Source: an uncultured Candidatus Saccharibacteria bacterium (GTDB lineage Bacteria; Patescibacteriota; Minisyncoccia; Phycocordibacterales; JAKAEA01). From it: 50,870 bases of DNA. Location: the NCBI GenBank assembly GCA_964577595.1, contig CAZNZK010000002.1, forward strand, positions 1-50,870, in the 5' to 3' direction. Shown here in pieces: positions 1-7,715 of the stretch (position 1 is the first letter of the stretch; each line of letters opens with the position of its first letter). The translations under genes were made by a program, and so were the position numbers. Under the pieces are notes generated by a model. The model did no database searches. It was given only the letters and a program-made list of their open reading frames with translations, and was not told the origin of the DNA.

Positions 1-444
1 ATCCGGGCTGTTTCCCTTTTGACCAATGGAGCTTAGCCCCCACAGTCTAACTGCCAGACTAATGACCTAGAGTATTCGGAGTTTGATAGGTCTCGCGGGC
101 TTTCGCTCTGTCGAGACCTTCCAGTGCTCTACCCCCCTTGGGAACACCTGACGCTAACCCAAAAGCTATTTCGGAGAAAACCAGCTATTACCAGGCTCGA
201 TTAGCTTTTCACTTCGACCCACATGTCATCCGAGAGTGTTGAACGGCTCACCGGTTCGGGCCTCCTGGTGCCTTTCGGCACCATTCACCCTGCACATGGG
301 TAGATCGCTCTGGCTTCGGGTCTCTAGCATTCTACAAACGCACTATTCATACTCGGTTTCCCTGCGGCTCCAGGCTCGCGCCTTTAGCCAGCAGAATGCT
401 AGAACTCGTTGGCTCATTCTTCAATAGGCACGCCGTGACGGAGC

Positions 445-945
445 ACCACTTTTCGCACTATGACGTTGACACTTACTAAAAAACATACTTTCTCTAAAAA
501 TAGTTCACAACAATTTTATCTGGGAAGGATCAATCAACGATTGTTTCTCTCGATGATTAATACCTAACCTCTTACGGAGTTCTTGCCAAGCCCGACCACT
601 TTCTTTGAGCATCTTTTCCCGATGCTTCGCCAGAAATTCATTCTGAAAAGCTTCGTAATAAAGAATCTCCCATGGCATATGCTTGCCCGTAAAACGACCC
701 TTTCCTCGGTTATGTTCCTTTATTCTTCTCTCAATTGAGTTGGAGTAACCGATATAAAAGGTTTTGTCTTTAAGACTTTGCAATATATAGACGTAATACA
801 TACATCATATACTACACATCTTAGATAAAATTTTGATAAATTTTAAATAAATATTATATATCTACAGAAAATTTATCTTGTGTCAATTTTTATATATTGT
901 TTTTAATTAGTATCAGCAACGTCATACCACAGAAAGTGGTACCCC
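445..945 (-). mobile_element. Intervening sequence in 23S rRNA helix 25 carrying an ORF
   Basis: rRNA similarity stops at ~444 and resumes at ~946. The insert ends pair as a long stem: 439-444 with 946-951, 445-452 with 933-940, 459-468 with 917-926. Interior is AT-rich. Confidence 0.85.
505..801 (-). CDS. GIY-YIG nuclease family protein inside the 23S insert
   Basis: YYVYIL...FYIGYS...RR..EH and E..A..RE motifs of short GIY-YIG nucleases; same strand as the rRNA. Confidence 0.88.
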   Translation of the reverse strand: MYYVYILQSLKDKTFYIGYSNSIERRIKEHNRGKGRFTGKHMPWEILYYEAFQNEFLAKHREKMLKESGRAWQELRKRLGINHREKQSLIDPSQIKLL

Positions 946-1003
946 GCTCCGACTCCTTGTAGGCATACGGTTTCAGGTCTATTTCACCGCCCTCACCGGG
1001 CTG

Positions 1004-1043
<40 letters not shown>

Positions 1044-1780
1044 TTCAAAAGTATTTAGCCTTAGCGGTTAGTTCCGCTGGATTCCTCCGAGCCACTCGTG
1101 TCTCGAAGTACTCAAGAACAGTAACAAAAGAGTTGATTCAATTTCGCGTACGGGGCCGTTACCCTCTGGGGCTGCGCGTTCCAGCGCATTCCGCTATTGT
1201 CTCAATTTTTAACTCTCCTCACTTAAAAGTGAAGTTACTGCCTTACAACCCCCAACCGCACCTTCGCCATTCTAAATAAATAGAATGGTAAAGGTGAAAT
1301 TAGGTTTGGGCTCATTCCGTTTCGCTCGCCGCTACTCGGGAAATTCCATTGCTTTCGCATTGGTTTCTATTCCTCTAGGTACTGAAATGTTTTACTTCCC
1401 TAGGTGTGCTCATGTACGTCAAGCGTACATGTCCGCGTCGAAACGCGGGAGTTTCCTCATTCGGAGATCTCCGGATTGTCGGTTGCTAGACACCTCCCCG
1501 GAGCTTATCGCAGTTATGCTACGTCCTTCATCGCCTTTTGAAGCCAAGGCATCCACCGTATGCCCTTGCATTCCCGTCAGGAAATGCAAGAACCACAATA
1601 TTATGCTCTGTTATCTAGAATCAGATACATACTGACCAGACAACAGAAATTGACTTAATTTTACTTACCTGCTCCGCCTCTTACACTAAAAAGACCCCTC
1701 CGAGGCCTATCGTAGGCCACGGAAAGTCATGCAAGGGCGGAATTTAATTTTCAAATCAACAGTCACTCCTGAATCATTAA

Positions 1781-1813
1781 CAAAAAGTCCGCGATGCCGC
1801 GGACATAAGAGCA
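1781..1813 (-). promoter_or_regulatory. rRNA leader: boxA-like TGCTCTTA followed by a GC hairpin and U-tract
   Basis: Minus strand reads TGCTCTTA-T-GTCCGCG-GCAT-CGCGGAC-TTTTTG; E. coli boxA is TGCTCTTTAACA. Confidence 0.5.
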
Positions 1814-1876
1814 CGTTTTTAGCGGCTATTATGGGCGGCGATTGGGGTTTTTGATTAACATATTCAGGTAGCGGCT

Positions 1877-1904
1877 ATTATACCTGAAGTAGTTTTAACG
1901 TCAA
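1877..1904 (-). promoter_or_regulatory. Sigma70-type promoter for the 23S transcript
   Basis: TTGACG-16 nt-TATAAT followed by GC-rich discriminator AGCCGC, the usual rRNA promoter layout. Confidence 0.75.
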
Positions 1905-1936
1905 GCGCTATGGCTCAATTGCGCCGTACCCGGGAA

Positions 1937-2563
1937 TTAGAGGGCAATTTTGTCAAGAATCTTCTCGTGGGGATAGTCAAAAACGTCACGAACCAGCTTG
2001 TCATACATGTCCATGCGATACTTGAAATCGGTCGTTTCAAAGGCGGCGTATTTTATTTCGCGACCCATTTCTGATTCAATTTTCTTAATAATCGTGTCTA
2101 GGGTTGGTTTTTTAAGATTGTCGCCAACTACAAGAAGATCAATGCGGGCATCAAGATTGTGGCGAAAAACGCCAGAAAGGACAACGAGCTTAAGTTTTGC
2201 CGCCCGAGACAAAAGCTTGATTATTTCCCGATTGCGGAACGGACTAACGTAGAGCACCAGATCGCGCAACTGATTGATAAGGCCAAAATCCTGATTAAGA
2301 ATCCAACCATCCACCGTGCGTGAACTTTTCTTTTGTTTTTTACCGAGTTTATTGCTCACTTTAACTTCCTGAGAAACCTTGCGCCGCTCAATAAGCCCCA
2401 CCTCCTCCAAAAGAGCAAGATTGTGCTTAGCGTCCGTCTCAGGAACCCGCGAGCGCAGAGCGGTAGCAACTAGTGTAAATATTTCCTCCGGATTAAATAG
2501 GAAGAGGCGCATGATTTTTACCTTGGTCGCCGAACCGAATAATTTTTCCAGAATTTCTATCAT
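1937..2563 (-). CDS. Hypothetical protein: N-terminal winged helix, C-terminal nucleotidyltransferase-like fold
   Basis: LFGS..KVKIMRLFL.NP wHTH start; LSG...RIDLLVVGD resembles a minimal nucleotidyltransferase. Start placed at second Met (MIEILEK). Confidence 0.65.
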   Translation of the reverse strand: MIEILEKLFGSATKVKIMRLFLFNPEEIFTLVATALRSRVPETDAKHNLALLEEVGLIERRKVSQEVKVSNKLGKKQKKSSRTVDGWILNQDFGLINQLRDLVLYVSPFRNREIIKLLSRAAKLKLVVLSGVFRHNLDARIDLLVVGDNLKKPTLDTIIKKIESEMGREIKYAAFETTDFKYRMDMYDKLVRDVFDYPHEKILDKIAL

Positions 2564-2579
2564 AGGGGTGCTTCTTGTA

Positions 2580-2604
2580 GAAAATGCCCGCTTGAGAGCG
2601 GGCA
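2580..2604 (-). terminator. Intrinsic terminator after rplL
   Basis: TGCCCGC-TCTCAA-GCGGGCA followed by TTTTC on the minus strand. Confidence 0.6.
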
Positions 2605-2613
2605 CGTTCTTAT

Positions 2614-3009
2614 TTATTTTAGTTCAACTTTTCCGCCAGCTTCCTCAACCTTCTTTTTGAAGGCTTCGGCATCTTCTTTCTTCATGCCATCCTTGAGAAT
2701 GGACGGAGCGGCGTCAACAAGATCCTTGGCTTCTTTAAGACCGAGGCCGAGAACTTCCTTAACTACCTTAATAACGGCGATTTTAGCGGCGCCCACTTCC
2801 TTCAAGTGAACGGTAAAAGCGCTTTTTTCTTCAGCGGCTGGAGCACCGGCACCGGCGGCTGGAGCAGCTGCCACGGCGGTCGCGGAAACACCGAAACGCT
2901 TCTCGAATACCTTGACGAGCTCATTGAGCTCTAAAACTGACATCTTTTCAATGCCCTCAACGATTGTTTTGAATTGGGATGGGATTGCTACTGTTGTATC
3001 TTCGGACAT
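2614..3009 (-). CDS. rplL: 50S ribosomal protein L7/L12
   Basis: [17 protein letters not shown], Ala-rich hinge, KIAVIKVVK...[12 protein letters not shown]. Confidence 0.98.
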   Translation of the reverse strand: MSEDTTVAIPSQFKTIVEGIEKMSVLELNELVKVFEKRFGVSATAVAAAPAAGAGAPAAEEKSAFTVHLKEVGAAKIAVIKVVKEVLGLGLKEAKDLVDAAPSILKDGMKKEDAEAFKKKVEEAGGKVELK

Positions 3010-3033
3010 AGTGTTCTAATTAGAATCTAATAA

Positions 3034-3531
3034 TTATGCTGTTTTGATTTTTGCGATTTCGCTCAAAGCTATTACGGCGCGCTGGATGGGGCTGTTGATA
3101 ATATTCACCAACATACCCAGAAGCTGTTGACGCGACGGAATAGTTGCCAAATTAAGCGTAGCATCGCGGCCAATGTAGGCGCTTTCAAAGACCGCCCCCA
3201 AAATAGAGAGCTTGCCTTCATGCTTCTTTTCAAACGCGTAAACCTCGCGGGCCGGAGCCAATACATCACCAATAGTGTAGGCAATGGCTACCTCGCCGGT
3301 TAATTCCGGCATAGTGCCGCCAAGCTTCTTACCGTCGGTAAGTGCTTTGCGAACGAGTGTCTTTTTTGCAACTGTGTAGCCAACACCCTGAGCGCGCAAG
3401 TCGCGGCGCAAGGCAGTGGTTTCCGCTACCGGCAAACCATGGAAATTCACGAAAACCATGGAGGCTGATTCGGCGGCGATTTTGGATACTTTTTCCAAAA
3501 CCTCTTTCTTTTTGTTTTTTGATAATGCCAT
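3034..3531 (-). CDS. rplJ: 50S ribosomal protein L10
   Basis: FVNFHGL.V...LRR.LR....YTVAKKTL; directly upstream of rplL. Confidence 0.96.
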   Translation of the reverse strand: MALSKNKKKEVLEKVSKIAAESASMVFVNFHGLPVAETTALRRDLRAQGVGYTVAKKTLVRKALTDGKKLGGTMPELTGEVAIAYTIGDVLAPAREVYAFEKKHEGKLSILGAVFESAYIGRDATLNLATIPSRQQLLGMLVNIINSPIQRAVIALSEIAKIKTA

Positions 3532-3670
3532 AGAGAACTTCTACGAAGTTAGTGTTTCGACCGACGATGTGCAAAGTGAGAAATACCTCGAGAGGGCTTA
3601 TCCTTTATTAAAAGGAGCCTCTTGTCTTTGGCACACGTGGCACTATCCTACCCTGCCGGAGAGCTTTTTG

Positions 3671-6600
3671 TCAACGTCCCTCGGCCTTAGAGAGCTCATT
3701 CCACATGGCCCGCAAAGCCGCGACGCAGTCCTGCCGCTTCAATACAGAAAGACGCGTAAAGAGCTTTATCTTTGCCAAAATGTCGTCCAGGTCGATTTTC
3801 TGCCCCGCCTTAGCTGGATCAGGCAGGCCGAATAAAGCCGTAATTTTTTTGAGTGAAGTAATATGAGTCGTTAAACTACTACTAGTGGCTGAGCTAATAA
3901 TTTCATCCGTGGTGCCGTCACCATCAAAATCGACACGAAGCATCGGCGCCGTGCTAGATAGATCAAAAGTAGCCATGGATACAGGCAGAACAGGAATATC
4001 GGTAAATTCTGTTTTTGCGCCGCCCTTCGTGATATCAAGCGTAAAAGTTCCAGCCGCTTCGCCCGAAAGCACTACCTTGCCCATTGTGTCAGCAGGCACG
4101 CCAGCATATTTTCCTTCCCCAAATGGTAGGTAATAACTATTCGGAATTTGATTTTGCACGCCGGAAGCCGTTAGCCCAGTGTGATGGCCCTGGTTGTCGT
4201 AAATGTCCAGAGCGACCGGCGAATGAACACTGATTTCCTCCATCGCCCCTGAATTAGTTTTGTAAATCTCAGGAATAGAGGTGGAGATAAATCGAGGTAA
4301 AACTGACAACTTCAGGTTTGTTTTCTGGATAATAGCGGAAAGTAATTTCTCTGCCGGTTCCGCTTCAAGAATGTCGGCATGGCCGCGATTCTCATTAGCA
4401 AAACCATTATATCCAGCTAGGTCAACGTAATAGCTGGTAGCCGATTGGTCGGCAGTGGCGCTCGCAGCAACTACGGTAGTATCGCCCAGCGATGTGAATT
4501 GGGGCTCCATATCTAACACGGGCAATTCCAGAGGATTTATTTGCCGAGCATAGTAACGGCTAGCCGAAAGCGTATTAAGGCCAACCCCGCCAATTTGCAC
4601 AACAAAAATACCTTTTGGGGCTTGCCACGCATTAAGAGTAAGATGCTCGGCGTATGCATTTGTTATCAATAGATTATTAGCCATGGCCAGCAATGGCTGA
4701 TTCCCGATACGATGGTCGGCTGAGCCCGCAAGAAAATTTTCCATAGCAGTCACTGTGGTAATTGCCGAGCCATAGATTTTATGTAGGTTGGAAATAGCGT
4801 CTAGCGACGCGTCAAAGAGCACGGCCGGCCCCATTGCGCTGAAGTATGCGGCCGACGGCAACATCATATATGCGGAAGGCATATTTTGTGCCAGTTGTTG
4901 GGCGGTACTTTCCCCTAACAACCATCCCCAGCCCAAGCTCTGGCCATAACCGGAGAGCAGGGCCGGAATAGCCAGTGATGTTCCCAATTGAGGCACTGCC
5001 ACCATCGCGAGTGTATCCACAAGCGCGCTCTTACCGTCAACTTGAAGCTTGCTGAGTAAAAGCTTTGCCAAAATACCGCCATTACTATGAGCAACGATGG
5101 TTACCTTGCCCGTTTTTGAAGCGCCGGCCAAAGCAAGTACTGTTGGTTCTAGTTTTGCAAGAACATCGGCCAGACGAGTGCCGTCAGCAACAATCGACTC
5201 CGGATCAAGCCGCCAGTCGTAAGGGTATGCCTGCCACGCCGCTATAGTGCCGCTCCGCGCCAAACCATCCAACATGTCGGTAAAATGCTGATAAATATCT
5301 TGATTACTAGCTACCTCATTGCTCGTCTTAATAACGTCTTTGGTATAAATAGAACGTATACTACTGCCGTTTTTATCCAGGAACAATTGATCGTTTTGAG
5401 AATTCAACCCCGGCTCCCATAGCTGATTTTCCGTAACGCTACCTGTCAAACTACCCAGCAACGTGCTTGATGTGGCATAAAGACGACTAGCCTCCAAGCC
5501 GGGAATAAAAAGAACACTGGAACAGCAAGCCTGAGCAATCGGTTGGCCGCCGCTTCCGTTGGTAGGTTTTTTCTGGGTAATTCGTAAACTGCGGCTCGTC
5601 AGCCATGGCGAAAATGCCACATCGTCAGAAACAGCATTACCAGTGCCGCCCACATTAAGCGTTGGGTGATATGGCCCGCTAGCGCTTCCCCACCAATTAT
5701 GAGCGGCCCCCAAAGGCGTAGTGGCACGACTAAGGATTCCATACAGAGAGTTGCCCATAATATAACTATCAACGATTGAACCGTTGATATCACCCCAGAC
5801 TTCTATTCCAGCATTCTGGTTTTTAGTGAACGTGGTTGTTTGGACCGCAAGAGTCGCCCCACTATATGCCTGCACGCCATCATTACTGAAACCACTTACT
5901 GTAGCATCAGCAAGCGTAAGCGTGACCGGCCCAAAAGCCACTACCCCATTGATACCTCCCTCAAAAACGCTATTGGAAATGATCGCCTGCGAATGCCGCT
6001 CGAGCGAGGGATTATTCCAGGCCGGATCATAGATTTCCAGAGCCGTTGCTGACGTGCCAGTGGCATTTCTTATGTCTGAATTAGTGAGAGAAAGTGTGCT
6101 ACCAGAGTACACCGCAACGGAGGGGCCGCTATTGTTGTCAATGCGCGAAAACAAACACTTATCACAATACGCTGTCGCTGAGTTAAAAACAGTTAACCCC
6201 CCACCCTTGCTTTCTTCCGTTACCGTCACATTGTCAGCGGAAAGAACGCTATTTTGATACACAACGACCGCGTCGGTGGCACTGCTACTCACGACCACTC
6301 CTGAAACGCGAGCGGTGCTGGATCCATAAATACTAAGTGCGCCGCGGCTCATGTCTGAAAAAGTAATGTTGTAAGCGTTAAAAGTGCTCCCGTCCAGAGC
6401 AACTTGGCCATTCATGTGACTAAAGCTCGTACTCGCTACTGCCAATGATGTATTAAGGGCAAAAATGCCGCCCCTGCTGTAACGCATTACAGCATTTGTG
6501 ATATTTGAGGGTGAAGCATTAATGAATGCTATGGACCAGGAGTCAGCAGGAGAAGGTGCCGAAGCTGATTTGTCCCCATTGCTGTCACCGCCTACAGTGT

Positions 6601-6946
6601 CGTCAGCAACAGAGGTGAAGTAAATGGGGCTAGCAGTCGTGCTCGTGGCCACCAACGCGCCATTGACCGTTAGGGCGGCATTGGACGCGAATTTCACAAC
6701 AACACCCGGGGCAATAGTGAGCGTAGCACCCACATCAACCGTAACCATGCCAGAAATCACATAGGGACTTCCGGCCTTATTCCACAGCATGTCAGTAGAT
6801 ATTTCACCACTAACCGCGGTTGACCCGGCCGCGTACACCAAAGCTGGCGCAAAGCTCGCACCAACAATGAAAAAACTGCTAATAATTACGAATAAAAGTG
6901 CCCTTGCGGCTGCCGATGGGAGAAAAAAGAGTATGTTTCTTTTCAT
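3671..6946 (-). CDS. Large exported protein: parallel beta-helix repeats plus LCAT-like alpha/beta hydrolase
   Basis: Hydrophobic N-terminus; W.KAGSPY...V.V..GATLTI.PG beta-helix start; NWWG...GP; LFIPG...S, PYDWRL, VAHSNGG nucleophile elbow, GDTTV, HADIL. Start placed at MKRNILFF. Confidence 0.75.
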   Translation of the reverse strand: MKRNILFFLPSAAARALLFVIISSFFIVGASFAPALVYAAGSTAVSGEISTDMLWNKAGSPYVISGMVTVDVGATLTIAPGVVVKFASNAALTVNGALVATSTTASPIYFTSVADDTVGGDSNGDKSASAPSPADSWSIAFINASPSNITNAVMRYSRGGIFALNTSLAVASTSFSHMNGQVALDGSTFNAYNITFSDMSRGALSIYGSSTARVSGVVVSSSATDAVVVYQNSVLSADNVTVTEESKGGGLTVFNSATAYCDKCLFSRIDNNSGPSVAVYSGSTLSLTNSDIRNATGTSATALEIYDPAWNNPSLERHSQAIISNSVFEGGINGVVAFGPVTLTLADATVSGFSNDGVQAYSGATLAVQTTTFTKNQNAGIEVWGDINGSIVDSYIMGNSLYGILSRATTPLGAAHNWWGSASGPYHPTLNVGGTGNAVSDDVAFSPWLTSRSLRITQKKPTNGSGGQPIAQACCSSVLFIPGLEASRLYATSSTLLGSLTGSVTENQLWEPGLNSQNDQLFLDKNGSSIRSIYTKDVIKTSNEVASNQDIYQHFTDMLDGLARSGTIAAWQAYPYDWRLDPESIVADGTRLADVLAKLEPTVLALAGASKTGKVTIVAHSNGGILAKLLLSKLQVDGKSALVDTLAMVAVPQLGTSLAIPALLSGYGQSLGWGWLLGESTAQQLAQNMPSAYMMLPSAAYFSAMGPAVLFDASLDAISNLHKIYGSAITTVTAMENFLAGSADHRIGNQPLLAMANNLLITNAYAEHLTLNAWQAPKGIFVVQIGGVGLNTLSASRYYARQINPLELPVLDMEPQFTSLGDTTVVAASATADQSATSYYVDLAGYNGFANENRGHADILEAEPAEKLLSAIIQKTNLKLSVLPRFISTSIPEIYKTNSGAMEEISVHSPVALDIYDNQGHHTGLTASGVQNQIPNSYYLPFGEGKYAGVPADTMGKVVLSGEAAGTFTLDITKGGAKTEFTDIPVLPVSMATFDLSSTAPMLRVDFDGDGTTDEIISSATSSSLTTHITSLKKITALFGLPDPAKAGQKIDLDDILAKIKLFTRLSVLKRQDCVAALRAMWNELSKAEGR

Positions 6947-6967
6947 ACCCCAAGCATATTCCTGGTC

Positions 6968-7011
6968 GTTAAAATCCTCCTGAAGAAACCTTAAATCTTT
7001 TATGAAATCGC
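6968..7011 (-). repeat. Dispersed intergenic repeat, copy A
   Basis: GTTAAAAT-15 nt-TTAAATCTTTTATGAAATCGC; same length and flanks as copies B and F. Confidence 0.75.
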
Positions 7012-7099
7012 TAGTTGCAAAACAAAATTTAAAAAAATGCAAGTTGACGGCACAGAGAAACTTGCTATCATATAGAGCGTATTCTTATGAAAAATGCCC

Positions 7100-7538
7100 T
7101 TATGGAGTTCTGTCTCCATCGGGGTGTTTTTCGTATTTGATATTAAATTCCAAAATATTCTTGAACTCGTTGAGATATACTATAGGCACCCTGATTTTTC
7201 TCAGAAGAAACGACGCCGCGGCCCGCGGGGAAACAATAGATCGTAATGCTTGTCGATCATTAAGGAAATTTGCTAAACAAGCAAAATCGCCGTCACTTGT
7301 CACGACTACGGCTTGCGACATAGTATCTTCGTAGAAATCTCGCATCTTCCAAATTGCGATAAATAGTGTCATGTCCGGGAACTTTTCCTAAAAACATCTT
7401 GGCAACTTGTATGTCGTATTTTTCAGCCAGCCACACTCTAAATCTCCGATAGTCCAGTTTCCAGCCAACTTCCGAAATCCCGTGATGAAGATTGGTTTCG
7501 TCAATATAGGCGACTCTATTATTAAAAACGGGTAACAT
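7100..7538 (-). pseudogene. NYN/LabA (DUF88) domain protein with an internal deletion and frameshift
   Basis: AYIDETNL...GWKLDY in one frame and AVVVTSDGDF.CL in another; the KGN.D.EL segment expected between them is missing. Confidence 0.8.
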
Positions 7539-7560
7539 ACCGCCACTCTTACACAACACT

Positions 7561-7604
7561 GTTAAAATTCTCATCAATTTTTCTTAAATCTTTTGTGAAA
7601 TCGC
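7561..7604 (-). repeat. Dispersed intergenic repeat, copy B (reference copy)
   Basis: GTTAAAATTCTCATCAATTTTTCTTAAATCTTTTGTGAAATCGC. Confidence 0.85.
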
Positions 7605-7631
7605 GCACTGCACCACAAAAATCAACCAACA

Positions 7632-7661
7632 CAAAAGCCCACTCGTTAGAGTGGGCTTTTG
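7632..7661 (-). terminator. Intrinsic terminator after the cell-surface protein gene
   Basis: CAAAAGCCCACTC-GTTA-GAGTGGGCTTTTG perfect hairpin with A/T tails on both sides. Confidence 0.85.
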
Positions 7662-7715
7662 TTTAGCTAATCTTCTTAACTAACCAAGGTCAATTAAGCG
7701 AGATTCACAAGTAGC

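Noticed and set aside
853-886. Internal promoter for the GIY-YIG ORF (TTGACA ... TATAAT on the minus strand)
   Set aside because: The two hexamers are 22 nt apart, and no good -10 lies at 16-18 nt.
445-945. 23S insert as a group I or group II intron
   Set aside because: No recognisable core elements and too little sequence outside the ORF; the long terminal stem fits an IVS better. Not formally excluded without a covariance search.
933-948. 16-nt identity AAAGTGGTACCCCGCT with 42800-42815
   Set aside because: A single 16-mer match is roughly what chance gives in 51 kb, and the contexts are unrelated.
3588-3625. Hairpin upstream of rplJ as an L10 autoregulatory leader
   Set aside because: A stem is present but I cannot match it to the known leader consensus.
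7561-7604. Dispersed repeat as a Xer dif site or integron attC
   Set aside because: The TGTTAAA segment points the wrong way relative to the 6-bp core for dif, there is no XerC arm, and there is no attC-type long hairpin or integrase in the window.
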